64,000 nt of DNA from Candidatus Dormiibacterota bacterium (GTDB lineage: Bacteria; Chloroflexota; Dormibacteria; Aeolococcales; Aeolococcaceae). Both the position numbers and the translations under genes were made by a program. Positions 53,107 to 61,805 of the stretch are shown here, piece after piece (positions within the stretch are counted from its first letter, which is position 1; each line of letters begins with the position of its first letter). The stretch spans positions 2,538-66,537 of the forward strand of contig DASZKZ010000083.1 of NCBI GenBank assembly GCA_035552595.1. The letters run 5' to 3'. The notes below the pieces were generated by a model, which searched no databases, had not been told where the DNA came from, and saw nothing but the letters and a program-made list of their open reading frames with translations.

Positions 53107-53999
53107 TTCTCGTCGCGGGCGGTACGGGAGTGCTGGGGAGCCGCCTGGTCGATCGGCTGCTCGATCGCGGGCTGCGGGTGCGCATTCTCACCAGAGATGC
53201 CTCTCGAGTGCCCCAGCGAGACCGCGATGATCTCGACGTCGTCGTCGGTGACGTGCGCGTGCGGGAGAACGTTGCGCAAGCCATGACCGGCGTGGACACC
53301 GTGGTCTCTGCGATCCATGGGTTCGCCGGCCCGGGCGCGGTCTCCCCGGCATCGGTGGACCGCGACGGCAACGCCAACTTGGTCGAAGGAGCGCGCGCCG
53401 TCAGCGCGTCGGTGGTGCTCATGTCGGTGATCGGGGCGTCGGCCAGCAGTCCCATGGAGCTGTTTCGGATGAAGCATGCCGCGGAGCAGCATCTCCGCGC
53501 CAGCGGAGTTGCCTGGACGATCGTCCGTGCCAACCCGTTCCTGGAGACGTGGGTCGGGCTGCTCCAAATGACCGCTGGCAAATCGGGACGGCCGCTGGTG
53601 TTCGGACGCGGCGACAATCCGATCAGCTTCACCGGCGCCGACGATGTCGCTGCGCTGATCGAGCGTGTCGTCACCAACAGCTCGACACGTGGCCAGACAC
53701 TGGAGATCAGCGGCGCGACGAGCCTCACACTCAACCAGCTCGCCGTGGCGGTTCAGAAAGCTTCCGGACGGAACGGCGGCGTGCGGCACGTCCCTCGGCC
53801 TGCGCTGCGTGCCATGGCGATGCTGCTGCGGCCGGTCAAGCCCGAACTGGCTCGCCAGGCGCGTGCGGCACTCCTCATGGACAGCATCGATCTGCGCTTC
53901 GATTCGACAGCTGTGCGCGAGGGCTTCCCGGACCTCCCCTCGACGACACCGGCCGATCTGCTGATGGATGGAGTGAACCGCTCCCCGTCGCGGTGCTAG
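53103..53999 (+). CDS. NmrA-like / NAD(P)H-binding atypical SDR
   Basis: The N-terminus MILVAGGTGVLGSRLVDRLLDRG is a GxxGxxG Rossmann motif; 298 aa. Confidence 0.8.
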   Translation: MILVAGGTGVLGSRLVDRLLDRGLRVRILTRDASRVPQRDRDDLDVVVGDVRVRENVAQAMTGVDTVVSAIHGFAGPGAVSPASVDRDGNANLVEGARAVSASVVLMSVIGASASSPMELFRMKHAAEQHLRASGVAWTIVRANPFLETWVGLLQMTAGKSGRPLVFGRGDNPISFTGADDVAALIERVVTNSSTRGQTLEISGATSLTLNQLAVAVQKASGRNGGVRHVPRPALRAMAMLLRPVKPELARQARAALLMDSIDLRFDSTAVREGFPDLPSTTPADLLMDGVNRSPSRC

Positions 54000-54102
54000 A
54001 GGCGGCAAGGGGGGCGTCGGCGTAAGAGGGTGGCGCCGCCCGGTACCGCTGTGCTACTAGTGACCATTCGGGAAGGGATGCCACGGGGAGGCCGGGCCAG
54101 AG

Positions 54103-56346
54103 ATGAAGGGACTCAAGGCGGCCTTGGTGGTCGCATGCGTTGGGCTGACGTGCCCGGCCACGCTCACGGCCTCGGCTGCTTCAGTGGTGGCGGTCAGGCA
54201 CGGCACCGCCTACGGCACCAGGATCTTCCCGGACAACGCATTCACCACCACCGACGCCCAGCAGCTGACCGGGCTGCGGGTCAACTTCCGCCAGGGCATC
54301 GACTACCCCAGCGTGGGTGGCGTCATCCAACCCGCGTGCACCAGCGCCGACTACTCCATCTGTGACGCCTTCGCGGCGCTCAACAAGCTGGATGGATTCG
54401 ACCTCCAGCCGCGCGTCCTGGTGCCCTTCACCGGGGCCATCGACCTCAGCTCGGTCAACGCGTCCGACCTCTACATCAGCAGCGACAGAGGCGTCCTGGT
54501 CGGCGGCCTGCGCCAGCTCAGCTTCGATCCCACCACCAACACCCTCGCCGGGATCAGTGACGCGTTCCTCCAGGAGAACACTCCCTACCGCATCCACGTC
54601 ACCAACGGGATCCGTGACAGCTCGGGGCGGCCGGTGAACGCGTGCGGTGGCGGATGCAGCGTCCGCTTCACCACGCGGACGGCCACCGGGGAGCTCACCG
54701 GGATCCGGCAGGCCATGGACCTGCCGCTCTCCGATCCGCGCAACGCCTACGTGCTGGCGGGATTCCCGGGCGCATCGACCTCGACGGCGAGCCGGAAGCT
54801 GACCTTCACGCAGAACGGGACCAACGACGTCTTCGCGGCCTCGACCGTGGCGCCGTCGGTGGCCAGCCCGCTCAACGGCATCGTGCGGACCGACCAGGTG
54901 AAGGTCGATCCCAGCGCCGCAGGAGCGTTCCAATCGAGCACCGTCCCCGACCTGATCGCCCCGGGGACAGCCGGGTACTACGCCTTCGGCAGCTTCCTGT
55001 CGCCCCGCTACCAGTACGCGTCGGCCAGCGGTCACCAGGACAACCCGTACGGGGTTGGCAACGGCTACACCGACGGGGAGATCCCGCCGGTCCCCTCGGG
55101 GCAGACGCCGGCACCGTTCGCCGCCGATCGCCTCGGGGCCATCGTGGCCACCCCCAACCCCGCGCTCTTCCCACCGCCCTGGCCGGCAGCCGTCTACGGC
55201 CCGGGCTTCACGCGCAGCAAGTACGACCTCTTCGTCACTGCCGACTACAACGCGTCTCTGGGCATCGTCACCATCGCCACCGATCCATCGGGCCACGGCT
55301 ACGGTCCGTTGAGCACCACGACGGTCACCAGCGCGGGGACACCGACCACCTTTCTCAGCTACGGACGGGGGCGCGACCTCGATGGAGACGGGATGATCGG
55401 CAGCGGCCTCAACGACGGAGTCGGACCGACCGGGCACTTCCAGGCTGACGGGACCGAGCTGCCCTCGCGGAAGCCGCTCGACGGGCTGGAGTCGGGGCTG
55501 GTGCAGACGGCGGTCGACGACATGGCGCTGGGGCGGTCACTGCAGGCGGGCTTGGACATTCCCGGGGTGGGCACCAACCTGGTGAACACCTCCAAGATCA
55601 TGTACTACGGGCTCAGCTTCGGCGGCATCTACGGCACCATGGTGATGGGCACCGACCCGATGTTCCATCAGGGCCTGCTCAACGTGCCCGGCGGACCGAT
55701 CGTCGACATCGCCCGGCTGTCCTCGTTCCGTGGCAACCTGGCCGCGACGCTGGGCATCTCGCGTCCCAACCTGCTCAACGGCGGCCCGGGGCTCAACGGA
55801 TTCACCGAGGACCTGCCCCTCCGCGACGACCCGCCCACGGTCATGACCCACCCCGGCGCGGCGGCGCTCCAGGAACTGTTCGGTGACGCCGACTGGTACG
55901 ACCGCAAGGGCAGCCCGGAGAGCTTCGCGCCGCGCATCCGGCTGCGCCCCGACGCGGCGTGGGCGAGCAACCCCAAGGATGTGGCCTTCCAGAGCGCGTA
56001 CGGTGACGGCACTGTGCCCAATCCCACAGCAGGCACGCTGTACCGCGCCGGCGCGCTCTTCGATCGAGTGGTGTACTACCGCAACGACAAGACGCCGACA
56101 TACAGCTCCGATCCACACGGCTGGCTTGCGGATCCCACGCTCGCCGGGCGAACCTCGGGCGAGCAGCAGCTGGCGGCCTTCCTGTCGACGGGACAGCTGG
56201 TCAACACCAATCCCGCCTGGCTGGAGACACCGGTGGTCAATCCCAACAACTTCGACTGCCTCCACTACCCGGAGCCGCAGACGGGACAGCCGCAGACCCG
56301 CCAGCCCTACCCGTTGAGCGGAGACTGTCCGGGCCCATCCGGCTGA
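54103..56346 (+). CDS. Secreted 747-aa protein: N-terminal Ig-like/lipase-N-type region + putative alpha/beta-hydrolase (GxSxG)
   Basis: Signal peptide MKGLKAALVVACVGLTCPATLTASA. Nucleophile-elbow-like YYGLSFGGIYG. No TM helix or anchor seen. Function inferred weakly. Confidence 0.6.
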   Translation: MKGLKAALVVACVGLTCPATLTASAASVVAVRHGTAYGTRIFPDNAFTTTDAQQLTGLRVNFRQGIDYPSVGGVIQPACTSADYSICDAFAALNKLDGFDLQPRVLVPFTGAIDLSSVNASDLYISSDRGVLVGGLRQLSFDPTTNTLAGISDAFLQENTPYRIHVTNGIRDSSGRPVNACGGGCSVRFTTRTATGELTGIRQAMDLPLSDPRNAYVLAGFPGASTSTASRKLTFTQNGTNDVFAASTVAPSVASPLNGIVRTDQVKVDPSAAGAFQSSTVPDLIAPGTAGYYAFGSFLSPRYQYASASGHQDNPYGVGNGYTDGEIPPVPSGQTPAPFAADRLGAIVATPNPALFPPPWPAAVYGPGFTRSKYDLFVTADYNASLGIVTIATDPSGHGYGPLSTTTVTSAGTPTTFLSYGRGRDLDGDGMIGSGLNDGVGPTGHFQADGTELPSRKPLDGLESGLVQTAVDDMALGRSLQAGLDIPGVGTNLVNTSKIMYYGLSFGGIYGTMVMGTDPMFHQGLLNVPGGPIVDIARLSSFRGNLAATLGISRPNLLNGGPGLNGFTEDLPLRDDPPTVMTHPGAAALQELFGDADWYDRKGSPESFAPRIRLRPDAAWASNPKDVAFQSAYGDGTVPNPTAGTLYRAGALFDRVVYYRNDKTPTYSSDPHGWLADPTLAGRTSGEQQLAAFLSTGQLVNTNPAWLETPVVNPNNFDCLHYPEPQTGQPQTRQPYPLSGDCPGPSG

Positions 56347-56387
56347 CGCGATCTGAACCGGTGCAGAGGATTCGATAGGAGAACGGC

Positions 56388-56750
56388 GTGGCCCAACGCT
56401 CAGCCCTGGAGATCGTGTCCGCCTACCAAGACGCCTGGACGAGCAAGGACTTCGACACCGCCAAGGGCTTCCTGGCCGACGATATCGTCTTCCACAGCCC
56501 GCAGCAGCACATCGAGTCGGTGACGGAGTTCATCTCCATGCTCATCACATTCGCAGAGCGCATCGAGCCGCGTTGGGAGATGGTCGCGGCGTCATCGGAG
56601 GGCGACAACGTCCTGATTCTCTACGAGCTGTTCACGCTGTCAGGGGATGGCGCCGTCTGCGCGGACCACTTCACCATCCGGTCCGGCAAGATCCAGAGCG
56701 AGACCTTGGTGTTCGATCCCAAGCCATTCCTGGCGGCGCGCCCGCAGTGA
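56388..56750 (+). CDS. SnoaL/NTF2-like small protein
   Basis: GTG 56388; 120 aa. IVSAYQDAWTSKDFDTAKGFLADDIVFHSP is the typical SnoaL-like opening. Confidence 0.65.
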   Translation: MAQRSALEIVSAYQDAWTSKDFDTAKGFLADDIVFHSPQQHIESVTEFISMLITFAERIEPRWEMVAASSEGDNVLILYELFTLSGDGAVCADHFTIRSGKIQSETLVFDPKPFLAARPQ

Positions 56751-56887
56751 CGCCAGGCGGGGAGCTGTGGGAGGGGAGGGTGCCCGAATCGATGAGTTTT
56801 GGCCCCGAGCCCCGTCCAACCCCATGACTCAGCTCGATGGAGGCACCTCGACATGAAACGGCCGTTTGGGTTGCGCGGCGGCGTAGC

Positions 56888-57883
56888 ATGACCGCCGTGC
56901 AAGAGGCATCCGTCGCCACCGGCTCCGGCGAGCTCGAGGACCAGCTCGAGGAGCACCGCAGGGCCCTGACCGGCTACTGCTACCGCATGCTCGGGTCGCC
57001 GTTCGAGGCGGAGGATGCGGTTCAGGAGACGCTGCTGCGCGCCTGGCGCGGCTTCGAGCGCTTCGAGGGCCGCGCCGCTCTGCGGTCATGGCTGTACCGG
57101 ATCGCGACCAACGTCTGCCTCGACACGCTCAAGGGCCGGGAGCGGCGGGCACTGCCGATGGACTTCGGTCCTGCCCAGGAGCCCATCGAAGCCAACCTGA
57201 ACACGCGCCCGGAGGTGACCTGGATCCATCCCATCCCGGACGGTGCGCTGGCCGGTGAGGCCGACCCCGCGGACGTGGCTGTGGCCCACGACTCCATCAG
57301 GCTGGCATTCGTGGCGGCGCTCCAGCACCTTCCACCCCGCCAGCGGGCCGTCCTGATCCTGTGCGAGGTGCTGCGCTGGAAGGCCGGCGAGGTGGCAGAG
57401 TTGCTCGACACCACCGTGGCCTCGGTCAACAGCGCGCTGCAGCGGGCGCGCGCCACGCTGGAGGCGAGCGGCCTCAGCTCCGAGGACACCGCAGACCCCA
57501 CCGACGACGCGCAACGCGAGCTCCTCGCGCGCTACGTCGACGCCTTCCAGCGCTACGACCTCGACGCCCTGGTGTCGCTCCTCCGGACGGACGCCACCCA
57601 GTCGATGCCGCCGTACGACATGTGGCTGTCCGGCCGCGACGACGTGCTGGCGTGGTGGTTCGGTCCTGGCATCGGCTGCCGGGACTCACGACTGGTGCCG
57701 GTGGCGGCGAACGGGAGCTTGGCGTTCGGTCAGTACAAGCCGAGCGCCTCGGGCAGCGGCCACGACCCCTGGGCGCTGCAGGTGCTCGAGATCAAGGACG
57801 GGGGGATCGCCGGGCTCACCTTCTTCCTGGACACCGACCGGATCTTCCCGCTCTTCGGCCTGCCGCCGCACCTCGACCCGTAG
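56888..57883 (+). CDS. ECF sigma factor with C-terminal SnoaL-like extension (ECF41/ECF56-type)
   Basis: ATG 56888. Sigma-2 region (LTGYCYRMLGSPFEAEDAVQETLLRAWRGFERFEGRAALRSWLYRIATNVCLD), sigma-4 region (LPPRQRAVLILCEVLRWKAGEVAELLDTTVASVNSALQRAR), then a ~130-aa NTF2-like tail. Confidence 0.85.
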   Translation: MTAVQEASVATGSGELEDQLEEHRRALTGYCYRMLGSPFEAEDAVQETLLRAWRGFERFEGRAALRSWLYRIATNVCLDTLKGRERRALPMDFGPAQEPIEANLNTRPEVTWIHPIPDGALAGEADPADVAVAHDSIRLAFVAALQHLPPRQRAVLILCEVLRWKAGEVAELLDTTVASVNSALQRARATLEASGLSSEDTADPTDDAQRELLARYVDAFQRYDLDALVSLLRTDATQSMPPYDMWLSGRDDVLAWWFGPGIGCRDSRLVPVAANGSLAFGQYKPSASGSGHDPWALQVLEIKDGGIAGLTFFLDTDRIFPLFGLPPHLDP

Positions 57884-57896
57884 CCTCGCCACCGGC

Positions 57897-58205
57897 TCAG
57901 GCGACGTCGGTCAGGACGTCCCGCAGCCCCATGAATCCGATCAGGTCGCGCAGATCGTCTGAGGCACCCCGCATCCTGAGCTGACAGCCGCGCCGGCGGG
58001 CGGCGAGCTCGAGGCGCGCCAAGGCGTCGACCGACACGGCGTCGGCTTCGACGCCGCAGACGTCACAGAGGATGGTCGTCGCGCCGCTCCGCTCCAGCAG
58101 GGCACAGATCCGATCGCAGAGGCCGGGCAGATCAGGACGCGCGATCGGGCCCCAGATCGCGAAGCTGATGGTGCTCTGATCGTCCACTAGAGATGAGACT
58201 GCCAC
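57897..58205 (-). CDS. STAS-domain protein (anti-sigma-factor-antagonist-like)
   Basis: GTG 58205; 102 aa. Pattern ...TILCDVCGVEADAVSVDALARLELAARRRGCQLRMRGASDDLRDLIGFMGL resembles the STAS beta-alpha core. No obvious phosphorylatable Ser motif. Confidence 0.65.
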   Translation of the reverse strand: MAVSSLVDDQSTISFAIWGPIARPDLPGLCDRICALLERSGATTILCDVCGVEADAVSVDALARLELAARRRGCQLRMRGASDDLRDLIGFMGLRDVLTDVA

Positions 58206-58349
58206 GCGTGCTCCAAATCATCGGGGCAGTCCCACCCTCGGGTCCGAGCCCGAGCAGCGGTCAAGAGCTGCCGATTAGTTTCGCGCCGAGCCTCCGTCTA
58301 CTCCTGCGACGCAACCACGCGGCCGGGGCCGTGATCGAGGAGGCTGGTG

Positions 58350-59351
58350 ATGCAGGCGAGCAGTCCGGCGGCGAAGCGATTCGCAGCACGGCTCCTTCCT
58401 GTGCTCGCGGCAATCGGTGGTCTCTGCGGACTGGTGATGCTGGTCAACCCGCACTCCCTGCTCGCCGCCCTGCACGGCGTCGACGGAAGGGCTCTGCTGC
58501 CCGTGCTCCTCCTCACCCTCGCGTTCTACCTGCTCCAGGGATTGCGCTGGCACTTCCTGCTCCGCCACGTCGGCGTGGCAGGGCGCCTCAGCGACCACCA
58601 GCTCATCAACCTCGCGGGACAGACGATGACAGCGGTGCTGCCGCTGGGTGACCTCACGCGCGCGCTGCTCGCCAGCAGGTCCTCGGGCGTCGCCTTCGGT
58701 GCGACGGCCGCCACGGTCACCGTCCAGGAGCTGACCTTCAGCCTGCTGGTGGTGGTGGCGGCGGCACCGGGGCTGGCCCGGCTGCCGGGCGGATTCATCC
58801 TGATGGCCGCTGTCACAGCGGCGATCGTTGCGGTCATCGCCATCCTCACGGTGTCGTGCCTCTTCGCGGCGGTTCATCGCCTGGTCGCCGCGACACCGGG
58901 CCTGCGCCGCTTCGCCGGCGACATCGCCACCTTGCGCGACGAGGTGTGCAGACTGCTGGGCCGGCCGGGCGTCCTGGCCGGCTCTCTGCTCGACCTCGGG
59001 CGGGTGGTCATCGCCACCGCTTCCCTGCTGCTCATCCTGCGGGGGCTGCACATCGACTTCCTCAGCTGGTGGGACGTGGCGCTCGTGCTCGCCGTGTCAT
59101 CGATCGGCGGCGCGCTCAGCCTGCTTCCCGGAGGCGTGGGAGCCAACGAGGCCAGCGTCGTAGCAGTTCTCGTCATCTTCGGCGTCAACCCCGCCGCCGC
59201 GGCCGCGGTCGCGCTGATCCAGCGGCTGTCGCTCACTCTCGTGCCCGCCGCGGGCGGAGCGACTGCGTATCTGATCCTGCGACGGCGCCGGCCGCGCACC
59301 CTGGAGCTTCACCATCGCACGCCGATGGAACCGGTCTGTGCCGCGGCCTAG
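58350..59351 (+). CDS. Lysylphosphatidylglycerol-synthase-TM-region (UPF0104, flippase-like) family membrane protein
   Basis: GAGGAGG SD, then GTG 58347 / ATG 58350. About 8 TM helices. YLLQGLRWHFLL is typical of this family. Confidence 0.7.
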   Translation: MQASSPAAKRFAARLLPVLAAIGGLCGLVMLVNPHSLLAALHGVDGRALLPVLLLTLAFYLLQGLRWHFLLRHVGVAGRLSDHQLINLAGQTMTAVLPLGDLTRALLASRSSGVAFGATAATVTVQELTFSLLVVVAAAPGLARLPGGFILMAAVTAAIVAVIAILTVSCLFAAVHRLVAATPGLRRFAGDIATLRDEVCRLLGRPGVLAGSLLDLGRVVIATASLLLILRGLHIDFLSWWDVALVLAVSSIGGALSLLPGGVGANEASVVAVLVIFGVNPAAAAAVALIQRLSLTLVPAAGGATAYLILRRRRPRTLELHHRTPMEPVCAAA

Positions 59352-60013
59352 TTGGCCACCCCGACCGCCTGCCTGAACGTGTCGGGTTGCTGAAGCGCGC
59401 GAAGCATCGAGTGGGCGACGTCGGCGCGAGAGATGAAGAGGCCGCGACGGAGATTCTGCCCGATGGCCATGCGATAGGTGCCGGTCACCGGCCGGTGGGT
59501 CAGCCGCGGCGGTCGTATCGCGGTCCAGTCGAGCCCGCTGTCGCGGAGGATGTCCTCCATCAGGGCGAGGTCGGCGTAGTGCTTGGGGATGATGGCCTTG
59601 ATCAGCGGGCTGAAGATGTTCCGCATCAGGAGGCCGTCGCCCGGGTCGTGCTTGGGCGGGTGGGGGCGACCCGGTGACGACACCGTGCCGACGGGCGCGG
59701 CACTGACCACGACGATGCGTCGCACCCCGGTCGCCTGCATGGCCTCGACGATGGCCCGCGTTCCTCGTGCGGTGACACCCGCATCGGATGCCGACCGCGG
59801 GCCGAGACCGGAGAGCACCGCGTCGGCTCCGCGAATGGCGGATTCGAGCGCTGTCGGATCCGCCGAGGCCAGGTCGGTCGTGATGATGCGCACGTCCTGG
59901 GAGACGTTTTTGGGGTTGCGCACCACTGCGGTGACCTGGTGACCGGCGGCGAGGGCCTGCTCCACGAGCTGCCGCCCGATGCCCCCCGTGGCGGCGACGA
60001 CGGTGAGCTTCAT
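59348..60013 (-). CDS. NAD(P)H-binding (BVR-B/atypical SDR) oxidoreductase
   Basis: ATG 60013 (MKLTVVAATGGIGRQLVEQALAAGHQVTAVVRNP). ATGA overlap with the upstream AhpC/TSA gene. Confidence 0.8.
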   Translation of the reverse strand: MKLTVVAATGGIGRQLVEQALAAGHQVTAVVRNPKNVSQDVRIITTDLASADPTALESAIRGADAVLSGLGPRSASDAGVTARGTRAIVEAMQATGVRRIVVVSAAPVGTVSSPGRPHPPKHDPGDGLLMRNIFSPLIKAIIPKHYADLALMEDILRDSGLDWTAIRPPRLTHRPVTGTYRMAIGQNLRRGLFISRADVAHSMLRALQQPDTFRQAVGVAN

Positions 60014-60579
60014 GCGTGAGTCAGCTGGAGCAGGTCGTCCACCGCCCAATGGTCGTCCGTGTATTTGCCGTACTTGGCCGCAAGGATGCGGCCGTCGGGG
60101 GCGATGAGGAACTCGGCGGGGAGGCCCATGTGCTCCTCGCCCCTGCCGGTGGCTCCGCGGAGGCTCTCCGCCTGCGTCAAGGCACGGGCCGCAGCTCGCC
60201 ACGAGCGTGGGTTCAGGGCCGCCAGTGGAGACATCGTTCCAACTCCGAACTCGTTGTAGAGCACCTTGGCGGGATCCGCGATGGCCGCGAACGGCAGCCG
60301 GCCCTGGAGATCGAGCATGGTCTCGAGGCTCGAGTGGAAGACGGCAACCTCGCGGATGCCCGCGGCCACGATGTCGTCGTGTCGCGCAGCGATCGACCTC
60401 AGGTGCAGGTTGCAGACCGGACAGCCCGCATAGCGGCGGAACTGGAGGTGCACCAGCCTCTCGGCGTCCGGAATGGGCACGGGATCGCCGTGGATGGTCA
60501 CCAGGTCATGGCGGGTGAGGACGTCGCCGGCATCCATCCGCTTCCTCGCAGGTCTCGTCGTCTCGATGACGGCACTCAT
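60010..60579 (-). CDS. AhpC/TSA-family (peroxiredoxin-like, CxxC) redoxin
   Basis: Motif RYAGCPVCNLHLRS and a thioredoxin-fold pattern. GGAGGA SD upstream of ATG 60579. Confidence 0.75.
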   Translation of the reverse strand: MSAVIETTRPARKRMDAGDVLTRHDLVTIHGDPVPIPDAERLVHLQFRRYAGCPVCNLHLRSIAARHDDIVAAGIREVAVFHSSLETMLDLQGRLPFAAIADPAKVLYNEFGVGTMSPLAALNPRSWRAAARALTQAESLRGATGRGEEHMGLPAEFLIAPDGRILAAKYGKYTDDHWAVDDLLQLTHA

Positions 60580-60606
60580 CAGCGTCCTCCGTCTGTCCCA
60601 TATCGG

Positions 60607-60622
60607 TCAATCACTTGATTGG
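60607..60622. promoter_or_regulatory. Candidate TetR operator half-pair 1: TCAATCA-CT-TGATTGG
   Basis: Read directly. Near-perfect 7-bp inverted repeat, 28 nt upstream of the AhpC/TSA ATG in the divergent region. Confidence 0.5.
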
Positions 60623-60652
60623 GACGAGGCTAGCACGGCATGACCATCTGTG

Positions 60653-60668
60653 TCAATCAACTGATTGA
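60653..60668. promoter_or_regulatory. Candidate TetR operator half-pair 2: TCAATCA-AC-TGATTGA (perfect)
   Basis: Read directly. Same motif as 60607..60622, 46 bp away, abutting the TetR gene start. Confidence 0.5.
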
Positions 60669-60676
60669 GTGGTACG

Positions 60677-61279
60677 ATGACGCGAGCCACGATGTCCCCC
60701 AGGCGCGCCGCCCCCAAACCACCAGCCGACCGCAGTCAGGCACTGGTGGCGGCCGCCTACCACCAGATCGCACAGCGCGGATTCGAGGGCTTGCGCACGC
60801 GCGAGGTGGCGGCCGAGGTGGGGGTCAACGTGGCCACGCTGCACTACTACTTCCCCAGCAAGGAGGCCCTGATCCGCGGCGTCCTCAACCACGCCATGCA
60901 GCGCTTCCGGTCGACGCTGCCGGCATCACCGTCACCGTCGGCGTCCGACCAGCTGCGCGGCCACTTCGCCGGGGTTCGGCGCCTGGTGCGTGACGAGCCC
61001 GAGCTCTTCACCGTCATGGGTGAGCTCGCGCTCCGCTCAACCCGTGACCCCGTCATCGGCGAGATCCACCGGCAGATGACCGACGTCTGGCGAGCGGCCA
61101 TGCGCGGCCTGCTTGCCAAGGCGGTCGCCGACGGGTCGCTGTCCGGTCCTCGGGACGCGGACGCTCAGGCGTCGCTCGTGGTCGCGGCCCTGATGGGTGC
61201 CTGCATGATCCCGCCGTTCCGGCCGGCTCGCCTGAGAGAGACTGTTGCCGAGCTCGAGCGATCGCTCGGGCTGCGATGA
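60677..61279 (+). CDS. TetR/AcrR-family transcriptional regulator
   Basis: HTH region AAAYHQIAQRGFEGLRTREVAAEVGVNVATLHYYFPSKEAL. The start is ambiguous (TTG 60665, ATG 60677, ATG 60692); 60677 chosen because 60665 lies inside the operator-like palindrome. Confidence 0.85.
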   Translation: MTRATMSPRRAAPKPPADRSQALVAAAYHQIAQRGFEGLRTREVAAEVGVNVATLHYYFPSKEALIRGVLNHAMQRFRSTLPASPSPSASDQLRGHFAGVRRLVRDEPELFTVMGELALRSTRDPVIGEIHRQMTDVWRAAMRGLLAKAVADGSLSGPRDADAQASLVVAALMGACMIPPFRPARLRETVAELERSLGLR

Positions 61280-61300
61280 CAGAGCCCCGGGAGGCGACCC

Positions 61301-61798
61301 TCAGCCGCCTGCTTTGACGTACTCGTCGGGATCCCTGTTCTGCAGGGTGATCCCGGCGAAGTGCTGGGCCTCGTAGGCGACGAACTGGAGCGCGATCTGG
61401 TGCCGGGTCTCCAGGTCGGTGCGCCGGCAGAAGTCGGGGAGGTCGTCGCGCTCCTCCTCGGCCATGTGGTCACCGTTGGCCTTGCGAGTCTCGGCCACCG
61501 CCGCCCACCACTGGTCGGTGCCGGGCTTGTGCCGGCGCGCCGTGCGGATGCCGTCGCGAATCTCGTTGTGGTCCTTGATGGCGTCCTTCACCTCCCCGTC
61601 GACGCTCTCCCTGCCGATGGCCAGCAGGCGCGGGTAGAAGAACTTCTCCTCGGCGTCGGCGTGCACCTCGAGCTGCACCTCCAGCCGCGACCAGAGAGGA
61701 CCGAGTTGATCGGCGGCGTCACGGGGGATGTGGTCCAGCAGGGCGAATGCGCGGCGCTGCTCGTGGTGCTGGGACAGGATGAGGTCGGTGATGTCCAT
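61301..61798 (-). CDS. Hemerythrin-domain protein
   Basis: ATG 61798 (MDITDLILSQHHEQRRAF...). His/Glu ligand pattern across four helices: QHHE, HADAEE, DHNE, DHMAEEE. Confidence 0.8.
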   Translation of the reverse strand: MDITDLILSQHHEQRRAFALLDHIPRDAADQLGPLWSRLEVQLEVHADAEEKFFYPRLLAIGRESVDGEVKDAIKDHNEIRDGIRTARRHKPGTDQWWAAVAETRKANGDHMAEEERDDLPDFCRRTDLETRHQIALQFVAYEAQHFAGITLQNRDPDEYVKAGG

Positions 61799-61805
61799 GT
61801 TGATG

